A DNA stretch of 64,000 nucleotides from Acidimicrobiia bacterium (lineage in GTDB: Bacteria; Actinomycetota; Acidimicrobiia; UBA2766): NCBI GenBank assembly GCA_019695375.1, contig JAIBAC010000002.1, forward strand, positions 700 through 64,699, written 5' to 3'. Below are positions 38,322 through 45,808 of this stretch, in pieces (within the stretch, counting starts at the first letter, position 1; the number at the start of each line of letters is the position of its first letter). A program made the position numbers and the translations under genes. The notes under the pieces were generated by a model, which ran no database searches, had not been told where the DNA came from, and saw only the letters and a program-made list of their open reading frames with translations.

Positions 38322-39704
38322 TCACGCGGGAGCGAAGCGCACCCATGCGTCGAGGCCGCCACCGGGCGCCTCGTCGAGGCCGGCTTCGCCACCGCCGGAG
38401 CGGGCGAGCTGGTTCACGATCGCGAGGCCGAGGCCAGTACCGCCGCCGTCGGACGACCCCCGACCTCGCCAGAGCCGTTCGAACGCGACGGAGCGCTCCG
38501 CCGCGGTCATTCCGGGACCGGCGTCGAGGACGTGCATCTCGACCCACTCGTCGTCGCGCTCGACGAGCACGACCACCTCGCTGCCTTCGGGTGCGGCCTC
38601 GAGCGCGTTGGCGATGAGGTTGTCGAGAATCTGCTCCGGCGCGTCGGGGACGGTCGTTGCGCGGAGTGCGTCGGGGGCTTCGCAGCGCAACACCACGCCG
38701 CGCTCGTCGGCGAGGAACGTCCATGTGGCTGTCCGTTCCCGTGCGACCGCTGCGATGTCGCCGGTGACACGGTGCGAGGGCTCGTGCTGGGTTCGTGCGA
38801 ACGCGAGCAGACGGTCCACGAGGCGAGACAGCCGAGCTGTCTCGCTGAGAGCGGCCTCGACCTCGTCGCGGCCTCCGCCACCGATGGAGTCCTGGAGGTT
38901 TTCGAGGCGGAGCTGCAGTGCCGTGAGGGGAGTACGCAGGTCGTGGGATACGTTTGCTGTGAACTGGCTCTGCTGGACGAGTAGATCCTCGATGCGAGCT
39001 GCCATCACGTCGAGGGCCGCGGCGAGGTGGCGTATCTCATGCGGTCCCGACGCGATACCTGCTCGGGTGCCGAGGTCTCCGTCTGCGAGTCTCTCGGCAA
39101 CCGACTCGAGCTGGCGGAGCGGACGCGTGAAACTGCGGGCGAGAAGCGCTCCGACCGCGGCAGTTGTGGCGAGCACGACCGCGGAAAGCAATCCGAGGCG
39201 CACCCAGTTGCCGTTCACTCGGGAGTCCACCTCGCCGGCGGGGTGAGTGAGGCGCACGGCGCCGTACACCGTCCCGCCCGAGGCGACGGGCACTGCTGCG
39301 TACTGGAGGCTCTGACCCAACGTGTTGGAGTAGCGCCTTCCACCTGCACGCGAGCCGCCGAGGGCGATCTGGACTTCGGGTCGTGTCGCAAAGTCGCTGC
39401 CGACGTCGCTGTCCTCGTCGCCGGTCGGACCGGCGTCGGCGACGGCCGTGCCAGTGGCATCGACGACCACGACGCGGGCGCCGGTACGTCGGGAGTACCC
39501 GTCGGCGATCGCGTCCAACCCGTCGGTGCCTCCATGCTCCAGGGTCTCCTCGACGAACGTCGCTAGCACGGTCGCGTCCAACTCGAGTCTGGTGCTGAGC
39601 CGGTCGCGCTCGTTGCGGGCAACAACCAATCCGAGCGGAACGACCAGGACCAGCAGCACGAAGGCCGTGATCACGAGGTAGGTCAGCAGAAGCCGGCGGG
39701 TCAT
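38322..39704 (-). CDS. Two-component sensor histidine kinase
   Basis: TM-HAMP, then H-box NVSHDLRTPLTAL, then HATPase GGGTGLGLAIV. Confidence 0.9.
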   Translation of the reverse strand: MTRRLLLTYLVITAFVLLVLVVPLGLVVARNERDRLSTRLELDATVLATFVEETLEHGGTDGLDAIADGYSRRTGARVVVVDATGTAVADAGPTGDEDSDVGSDFATRPEVQIALGGSRAGGRRYSNTLGQSLQYAAVPVASGGTVYGAVRLTHPAGEVDSRVNGNWVRLGLLSAVVLATTAAVGALLARSFTRPLRQLESVAERLADGDLGTRAGIASGPHEIRHLAAALDVMAARIEDLLVQQSQFTANVSHDLRTPLTALQLRLENLQDSIGGGGRDEVEAALSETARLSRLVDRLLAFARTQHEPSHRVTGDIAAVARERTATWTFLADERGVVLRCEAPDALRATTVPDAPEQILDNLIANALEAAPEGSEVVVLVERDDEWVEMHVLDAGPGMTAAERSVAFERLWRGRGSSDGGGTGLGLAIVNQLARSGGGEAGLDEAPGGGLDAWVRFAPA

Positions 39705-40360
39705 TGCTGGGGTCCGAGCCTGAAGCCCACGCCGCGAACGGTTTCGATCCGGCCGGGGTCACCGAGCTTGCGCCGCAGCGACGCGACGTGGACGTCGAGC
39801 GTCTTCGTCGGGCCCCACCACTGTGTCTCCCACACGTCGTGCAAGATCCGGTCGCGGGAGCACACCGTACCGGGATCCTCGGCGAGATACGCCAGAACGT
39901 CGAACTCCTTCGGAGTCAGCGCTATCTCGTCACCGGCACGGGTGACCTTGCGGGCGCGCCTGTCTACGAAGAGGTCCCCGACGCGCGTCTGCGCGCCAGG
40001 GTCGGTTCGGTCACCGCTGCGCCGTGACACGGCGCGAATCCTCGCGATCAGCTCCCGCGCTCCGAAAGGCTTGACCAGGTAGTCGTCTGCACCGAGCTCG
40101 AGGAGCAGCACGCGGTCGACCTCGTCGGCTCGCGCGCTCACGACGATGATCGGCACCGCCGACTTCTCGCGCAGTTGCCGGCAGACTTCCTGCCCGTCGA
40201 TGTCGGGCAGGCCGAGGTCGAGCAGGACGAGGTCCGGTACGGTGGCGTCGAGAGCGGCGATGCCGCTGCGTTCGCGGATGACGTCGAATCCTTCCCGGAC
40301 CAGTCGGGACGTGACAGGTTCCGCGATCGAGTCGTCGTCCTCGACGAGCAGTATCCGCAT
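39701..40360 (-). CDS. OmpR-family response regulator
   Basis: MRILLVEDDDSIAE... LLDLGLPDIDG ... winged-helix VRGVGFRL. Stop/start overlap with the kinase. Confidence 0.9.
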   Translation of the reverse strand: MRILLVEDDDSIAEPVTSRLVREGFDVIRERSGIAALDATVPDLVLLDLGLPDIDGQEVCRQLREKSAVPIIVVSARADEVDRVLLLELGADDYLVKPFGARELIARIRAVSRRSGDRTDPGAQTRVGDLFVDRRARKVTRAGDEIALTPKEFDVLAYLAEDPGTVCSRDRILHDVWETQWWGPTKTLDVHVASLRRKLGDPGRIETVRGVGFRLGPQQ

Positions 40361-40420
40361 GGACGCAAGTCTGCACGACCTCACGGCTGTCGCCGCCGTC
40401 GGGTCCGGATCTTCACCGAA

Positions 40421-40448
40421 CCTTTACCTGTCGCAAACCCGCCTTTAC
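40421..40448 (+). promoter_or_regulatory. Direct repeat CCTTTAC-n14-CCTTTAC about 25-50 bp upstream of the ApbE operon, candidate response-regulator binding site
   Basis: Two exact CCTTTAC heptamers spaced 21 bp centre-to-centre, in the divergent region between the OmpR regulator and the 40472 gene. Confidence 0.3.
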
Positions 40449-40471
40449 ACAGAGGTGCATACGCTCACCGC

Positions 40472-40804
40472 ATGAGATCGAAGACCAGCACCGCCGCCAA
40501 GATCGGACTAGTGGCTCTCGTGCTCGCCGCCGGTGTGGTGGCCGTCGTCGCCAACTACGGCATCCTCACGGCGAATCGACCGAGCCCTGACGTGGGGGTC
40601 CTGTCCGCTACTGAGGTCGTGGAATCCTTCGACCCGACGACGGTGCCATCCGCGACGGCTCCCGCGGCAGTGGACGCTGCTCAACCGAACGCTGTCACGG
40701 AACCGTACGTCGACGATCACGACAGCGACCACCGCGACGATCATGATCGCGATCGCGAGGATCGCGGCGATCACGATGAGAGCCCGGACCACGACGATGA
40801 CTGA
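40472..40804 (+). CDS. Small membrane-anchored protein with C-terminal His/Asp-rich acidic tail
   Basis: N-terminal TM KIGLVALVLAAGVVAVVANYGIL. C-terminus DDHDSDHRDDHDRDREDRGDHDESPDHDDD. First gene of a four-gene operon whose stops and starts overlap. Confidence 0.45.
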   Translation: MRSKTSTAAKIGLVALVLAAGVVAVVANYGILTANRPSPDVGVLSATEVVESFDPTTVPSATAPAAVDAAQPNAVTEPYVDDHDSDHRDDHDRDREDRGDHDESPDHDDD

Positions 40805-41096
40805 CACATCCGCGCCCGCGGGCCGCGGTCATGCCGCCCGCAGTGCCCGCCGCTGGGCCGTCGGCCTGAGCACCTGGGCCGCTGTCGTCCTGACGGGTGT
40901 CTTCGCCGGATCAGCTTCCCGTGCCGGCACGGGAACCACTGTGTCGGTCTCAGGCGCCACGGCAGGAACGCAGTCGGTTGGGCCTCGCACCCCGCCGCCA
41001 GCCGCGGTGCCGAAGGCGACCTCGCCGTCGCGTGCGAAACCGGCACCGACTCCCACGTCGCGCCAGCCATCGGCTCGTAGCCGTGCAAGCGGCTGA
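40797..41096 (+). CDS. Small membrane-anchored Ser/Thr/Pro-rich protein with SGAT flavinylation-like motif
   Basis: ATG overlaps the upstream stop (ATGACTGA). TM WAVGLSTWAAVVLTGVFAG. Motif TTVSVSGATAGT resembles the ApbE target [S/T]GA[T/S]. Lies immediately upstream of apbE. Confidence 0.4.
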   Translation: MTDTSAPAGRGHAARSARRWAVGLSTWAAVVLTGVFAGSASRAGTGTTVSVSGATAGTQSVGPRTPPPAAVPKATSPSRAKPAPTPTSRQPSARSRASG

Positions 41097-42015
41097 CCGC
41101 ACATTCCGTGCGATGGGGTGCACGGCGGCAATGCGCGTCGTCGCGGACGATGCGTCCGTTGCCTCAGCGCTGGCTGATGTCCTGGTGGCACGCGTAGAGC
41201 ATTTGGAGCGGCGGTGGAGCCGCTTCAACCCCGACAGCGAGGTGAGCCGTGTCAACGCCGCCGGCGGACGCCCTGTCGCGGTCAGCGATGACACCGCACT
41301 CCTCGTCGCAACGATGGTCGAAGCGTCGCAGTTGACGGCGGGGCGCTACGACCCGACGCTGCTCGACGCTCTGCGGGACGTTGGCTACGGCGACACCTGG
41401 GATCCCGATAGGCGCTTCGTCGAGGACGCGAGCGTCGAATCGACGCACCGTGGCCACGGCTGCGGCGGCATCCACGTCGACCTCGACACCGGAGTCGTGG
41501 AGATGGCTCCAGGCGTCGCGATCGAACCCGGCGGTATCGGCAAGGGCCTCGCCGGCGACCTCCTCGTCGCCGATGCCGTGGCCGGAGGTGCGTCAGGGGT
41601 CATGATCGACCTCGGCGGCGACGTTCGCGTCCATGGCGACGCGGGTGACGGGCCTGGCTGGTTGGTGGCGATCGAGGATCCCCACGAACGCGGTCGCGAC
41701 CTCGCGGCGGTCGAGATCGAGACGGGCGCCGTCTGCACGAGCAGTCGCCTACTGCGGCGATGGTTCACGCATACGGGTCCTGCTCACCACCTCCTCGACC
41801 CGGCCACGGGACGTCCCGTGGATGGCGAGCTCGACGCTGTCACTGTCGTCGCCGGTACCGGCTGGTGGGCAGAGGCACTGACGAAGGCCGTGTTCGTCGC
41901 CGGGCTGCCTGATGCGGTGGATCTCATTCGCGAATCCGGTTGCAGCGCAGCCCTCGTCACAGCAAGCGGAGAGGTGGTCAGGACTGGCGATCTCCTGATG
42001 GAGGAGGTGGCATGA
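41083..42015 (+). CDS. apbE: FAD:protein FMN transferase ApbE
   Basis: FRAMGCTAAMRVV (F-x-AMGT ApbE N-motif) ... IEPGGIGKGLAGD. Start probably GTG 41083 (or ATG 41113), no signal peptide evident. Confidence 0.75.
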   Translation: MQAADRTFRAMGCTAAMRVVADDASVASALADVLVARVEHLERRWSRFNPDSEVSRVNAAGGRPVAVSDDTALLVATMVEASQLTAGRYDPTLLDALRDVGYGDTWDPDRRFVEDASVESTHRGHGCGGIHVDLDTGVVEMAPGVAIEPGGIGKGLAGDLLVADAVAGGASGVMIDLGGDVRVHGDAGDGPGWLVAIEDPHERGRDLAAVEIETGAVCTSSRLLRRWFTHTGPAHHLLDPATGRPVDGELDAVTVVAGTGWWAEALTKAVFVAGLPDAVDLIRESGCSAALVTASGEVVRTGDLLMEEVA

Positions 42016-42572
42016 CGGAGCAGGTGTGGTGGTATGTAGCTCGAGCTAGCGGCATCGTCGCGTCGGCCTTGGTGGCGGCAGCGGTGATCTGGGGACTGTT
42101 GTTGTCCACGCGGGTGCTGCGCGACCGGCCGCGCCCGGCATGGCTTCTCGACCTGCACCGGATGCTCGGCGGCCTCGCGGTCGCGTTCGTGGTTGTCCAC
42201 GTGGCTTCGCTCGCCGCAGACTCCTACGTGGAGTTCGGGCCGGTGGACGTGCTTGTGCCTTTCGTGTCCGACTGGCGGCCCGGTCCGGTTGCGTTCGGAG
42301 TCCTGGCTACGTACTTGCTCATGGCGGCCGAGGTCTCGTCGCTGATGATGCGGCGACTGCCGCGCCGATGGTGGCACCGCGTTCACCTGAGCAGTTACGT
42401 GTGCTTCTGGGCCGTCACCATGCACGGAGCCACCGCAGGCACCGACGTCGCCAACCCCTTGTTCCGTTGGGGTTCGATCACCGCGATCGCTGTTGTTGTA
42501 GTGCTGAGCGTGTACCGCGTGGCCGTCGAGCGCAGATCCAGGCGCAAGCGGCCGGTGCCGGCAGCAGCGTGA
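42012..42572 (+). CDS. Ferric-reductase-like (FRD/MsrQ-like) di-haem transmembrane protein
   Basis: Six predicted TM segments. Paired His in HRMLGGLAVAFVVVH and HRVHLSSYVCFWAVTMH. ATGA overlap with the apbE stop. Confidence 0.7.
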   Translation: MTEQVWWYVARASGIVASALVAAAVIWGLLLSTRVLRDRPRPAWLLDLHRMLGGLAVAFVVVHVASLAADSYVEFGPVDVLVPFVSDWRPGPVAFGVLATYLLMAAEVSSLMMRRLPRRWWHRVHLSSYVCFWAVTMHGATAGTDVANPLFRWGSITAIAVVVVLSVYRVAVERRSRRKRPVPAAA

Positions 42573-42631
42573 CGTCTGCCGGCGGTCACAGGGATGGGCG
42601 TTGCCACCGGGCGCCTCTTGTGGCAACCGGC

Positions 42632-43051
42632 TCAGCCGAGGTCGGCCAGCAGCCCGATGAGATCGGTGCGCAGGCGCGTGAGCTCGTCGCGGTGCGCCGA
42701 GGTCAGGGCCCCGAGGACTGCTTCGCCGGCGTCGGTCAGCGCGAGGCGGTGCTGGCGCGCGTCGGAGGGGTCGGCGACGCGGTGGACGAGTCCGGCAGCC
42801 TCGGTGCGTGCAACCAGCTCGCCGGCGGAATGGTGCTTGAGGAACAGCGCTGCCGCGATGTCGGAGACGTTGGGGGCGCCGGGGCCGGGATGGCCGCGGA
42901 CGGCGAGCAGGAGCTGGTGCTGCGCCGGCGTCAGGCCTTCGCGGCGGGCGGCGCTCTCGGAGAACTCGAAGAAGCCGTGCAGGAGGTGGCGGAACCGCGC
43001 GAGGTTCGCGTAATCAGCGTCGCTGAGGGCGGTGCGGTCACGCCGCGGCAT
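42632..43051 (-). CDS. MarR-family transcriptional regulator
   Basis: LTPAQHQLLLAVRG...VSDIAAALFLKHHSAGELVARTEAAGLVHRVADPSDARQHRLALT. Confidence 0.85.
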   Translation of the reverse strand: MPRRDRTALSDADYANLARFRHLLHGFFEFSESAARREGLTPAQHQLLLAVRGHPGPGAPNVSDIAAALFLKHHSAGELVARTEAAGLVHRVADPSDARQHRLALTDAGEAVLGALTSAHRDELTRLRTDLIGLLADLG

Positions 43052-44309
43052 CGGCGGCTCCGGTTTGTGGCGGTGAGGACGGGACGGTGCGGTCGCGCTG
43101 GGAGTGGATGAGCCCGAAGCGGTTCGTGATCAGGAGTGCGGTGACGGCCGCGAGCAGCGTGGTGGGCAGGAGCGGGAGACCCGCCATCCCGGCGACGACG
43201 AGGGTCGACCCCACCGGGGTCTTGGTGACCGCGACGCACGCGGCGGCCATGAAAGCCGCCATCAGGGCGGCTTGATTGGTGCTCGGCACGACGGTGTGGA
43301 TCGCGCATGCGGCTGCCGCCCCGCAGAAGAACAGGGGGATGATGAACCCGCCGCGCCATCCGGTGCAGAGCGTCACGACGCTCGCGATGAGCTTCGCCAC
43401 GAGTGCGACCAGGAGGACCTTGACTGCGAGGTTGCCGTCGATGAGCTCCTGGATCTGCTGTTCGCCGAAGGTCAGGGCGAACGGTGACCAGAGGGCGAGG
43501 AGGCCGAGGGCGAGCCCGCCGAGGACGGGCCGCAGGGTCGTCGGTACCACGCTGAGGCCGCGGCGCAGCCACGAGGCACCGAGCGCGAACGCGACCCCGA
43601 TCGCCGCCCCACCGAGGCCGGCGAGGAGGGCCCAGCCGAAGTCGACGAGCGACAGGCTGCCGGCCTCCGGGAACTCCCAGATCGGTCGGAGGCCGACGCC
43701 GGTCAGGATCGCGTGGACGCCGTAGCCGAAGAGGCTCCCTACGAGCGCGGGGACGAGCGCCTCGTAGTACTCCATCCCGCGACGATGCAGGATCTCGAGG
43801 GCGAAGAACGCGCCGCCGATGGGGGTGCCGAACAGGACCGTGAAACCGGCAGCCATTCCGGTGATCGTGAGGATGCGGAGCTCCGAGCGCGAGGCGCGGC
43901 CGCGGCGGGCGAGCCACGATCCGAGCGAGCCCGTCGTCTGCACCAGCGGTGCCTCGGGGCCCATCGCGCCGCCGGCGCTGATGCAGAGCAGTGACACCGG
44001 CAGCAGCGAGCGCAGCTCGCGCAGGTCCTCCTTGCCGCCTAGGACGTGGATGTTGTCGACGAGGAGCTCGACGTCGCCGGGGCTGCCCACGAAGCGGACC
44101 ACCAGGGCGACCACAGCACCGACGCAGGTCAGGATCACGATCTGTACGGCCCCGGAGTGGGCGCCGGGTCCCAGGATCCTGTCGAGCAGATGCATGAGCC
44201 CCACATAGCCCGCGCCGACCACGCCGCCCATCGCGCCGACCGCGCAGACCCCTACGAGGAGCCGGGGCGGGATACCGAGGACTGCTTCATGGCGATGCCG
44301 TCGCAACAC
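43038..44309 (-). CDS. Voltage-gated chloride channel (ClC) family protein
   Basis: GSPGDVE, GKEDL (GKEGP-like), GAMGPEAP, GTPIGGAFFALE ClC selectivity motifs. Confidence 0.85.
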   Translation of the reverse strand: MLRRHRHEAVLGIPPRLLVGVCAVGAMGGVVGAGYVGLMHLLDRILGPGAHSGAVQIVILTCVGAVVALVVRFVGSPGDVELLVDNIHVLGGKEDLRELRSLLPVSLLCISAGGAMGPEAPLVQTTGSLGSWLARRGRASRSELRILTITGMAAGFTVLFGTPIGGAFFALEILHRRGMEYYEALVPALVGSLFGYGVHAILTGVGLRPIWEFPEAGSLSLVDFGWALLAGLGGAAIGVAFALGASWLRRGLSVVPTTLRPVLGGLALGLLALWSPFALTFGEQQIQELIDGNLAVKVLLVALVAKLIASVVTLCTGWRGGFIIPLFFCGAAAACAIHTVVPSTNQAALMAAFMAAACVAVTKTPVGSTLVVAGMAGLPLLPTTLLAAVTALLITNRFGLIHSQRDRTVPSSPPQTGAADAAA

Positions 44310-44369
44310 AGTTATATCGTATCACGACATATATCCCTCCCCGAAAGCCGGCGAGTCGCGAGCCGGGGC

Positions 44370-44570
44370 GCGCGGGCCCCGTCGGGGCCGGGTGCGGACG
44401 TGGGGACGTGGATCGGCGTGAGAGCGCGTTCTGCGTCCCCACGTCGGGGACGGGTGCGGACGTGGGGACGTGGATCGGCGTGAGAGCGCGTTCTGCGTCC
44501 CCACGTCGGGGACGGGTGCGGACGTGGGGACGTGGATCGGCGTGAGAGCGCGTTCTGCGTCCCCACGTCG
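44370..44570. repeat. Tandem array of three identical 62-bp hairpin units, MIRU/VNTR-like
   Basis: Period 62 (units start 44390, 44452, 44514). Each unit has stem GACGTGGGGACG/CGTCCCCACGTC with a 25-nt loop. A degenerate partial unit precedes the array. Confidence 0.85.
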
Positions 44571-44586
44571 ATGCCGGGTAGCCGCT

Positions 44587-45771
44587 TCAGTCGGGCAGGG
44601 TGGCCTCGATGACACCGGGGAGGGCGTCCTCGATGGGGCGGCCCGAGCGCAGGTGGACCGGCCAGCGCTTGCGGGACTTGGCGGCGAGGCGGCGCATCAG
44701 GGTGACGGCGGCAGGGTCCTCGTCGACGGCGGACTTCACCTCGAGCCAGCCCTCGGACACCATCTCGTCGAAGATCTTGCGGCCTGTCTCAGTGCGGACG
44801 ATCGTCAGCGTCCACCCGCCGGTCTGACCGAGGCCCCCCATCGAGATGTCGGCGTGCTCGGCGGCGAAGTCAGGACACGTCGTGCAGCCGGGGCGCGTGA
44901 ACTCGTGGCACTCCGACAGCGGCACCTCGAGGTAGTCGCCCTCCACGACGCCGGGGCGGGTCCAGAGCTGGAGCTTGCCTTTGATGTTCATCTTGACGAT
45001 GTCGCTGCGGGCGAGGCCGTACTTGGGCGCGATCAGGTCCTCGAAGATGTCGTCGGTGAACGACTTCGAGCACAGCAACCCGATGGTGAGCACGAACTTC
45101 TTGCCGGACTTGCGGGCGCCGCGGGTCATCATCATCGGCGGAGACGACGTCATGCATCCCATCCCGACGAGCGCGAGCTTCTCGGCCCCGGCGTCGATCG
45201 CCTCCTGGTACGCAAGGGGGTTTGCGGAGTACGTGTACCGCGAGCCCGCTGCCCGCAGGACGTCGGCCTCGGTGGTGGCGACGCCCGGCGTGGCACGCCA
45301 TTCGTCGTCGACGTAGCTCACGAGCGCGGCGTCGATGTGTCCCTTGCGCAGGCACCAGATCAGCATCGCCGTGCAGAAGCCGCCGTCCTGGCCCTTGTCG
45401 AGCCAGTCGGGGTCGACGGTGCGCACCAACAGGACGTCCTGGTGGATGCCGATGACCTCCTTCTGGGTCGGCTTGCGCTCGCGACCGTGGAGGAACTCGT
45501 CGATCTCGGGTTCCCACGCGCGAAACCGCGGGCACGCCCGCGTGCACATCGTGCACGCCTTCTCACCGTGGACGCAGCGGTCGGCGGCACCGTCGACGCG
45601 GGCCTCCTCGGCGAGGACCGGGTGCCAGTGCTCGTCGTAGCCGAGGACGTCGTGGGGGCAGGCGACGATGCAGCCGCTGCAACCGGTGCACACGTTGGTG
45701 GCCACGACCTCGTTCTGGAGGTGGTTCCAGTGCAACAGCCAACGTGGCTTCTTCTGGACTTCGCCGGCCAC
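44587..45771 (-). CDS. Coenzyme F420 hydrogenase/dehydrogenase beta-subunit (FrhB/FpoF)-family protein with N-terminal 2x[4Fe-4S] ferredoxin domain
   Basis: CTGCSGCIVACP and CTMCTRACP cluster motifs, then an FrhB-like domain. Start uncertain (GTG about 45771 with GGGAGA RBS, or upstream). Confidence 0.65.
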   Translation of the reverse strand: MAGEVQKKPRWLLHWNHLQNEVVATNVCTGCSGCIVACPHDVLGYDEHWHPVLAEEARVDGAADRCVHGEKACTMCTRACPRFRAWEPEIDEFLHGRERKPTQKEVIGIHQDVLLVRTVDPDWLDKGQDGGFCTAMLIWCLRKGHIDAALVSYVDDEWRATPGVATTEADVLRAAGSRYTYSANPLAYQEAIDAGAEKLALVGMGCMTSSPPMMMTRGARKSGKKFVLTIGLLCSKSFTDDIFEDLIAPKYGLARSDIVKMNIKGKLQLWTRPGVVEGDYLEVPLSECHEFTRPGCTTCPDFAAEHADISMGGLGQTGGWTLTIVRTETGRKIFDEMVSEGWLEVKSAVDEDPAAVTLMRRLAAKSRKRWPVHLRSGRPIEDALPGVIEATLPD

Positions 45772-45808
45772 GGCCAGTGTCTCCCGGGTGGTGGACGATG
45801 GCGAGAGC

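Noticed and set aside
40897-41112. N-terminal 72-codon extension of the ApbE ORF (start at 40897)
   Set aside because: The extension is Arg/Pro-rich (RQPRCRRRPRRRVRNRHRLPRR) and overlaps, in another frame, a more protein-like small ORF. The ApbE F-x-AMG motif begins right after GTG 41083 / ATG 41113, consistent with a short N-terminus.
44370-44570. CRISPR array interpretation of the 62-bp periodic repeats (also at 61185..61417)
   Set aside because: The segments between the conserved arms are identical (locus 1) or near-identical (locus 2), not unique spacers. The units are directly tandem with self-complementary stems, and no cas genes are nearby. This is a hairpin VNTR, not CRISPR.
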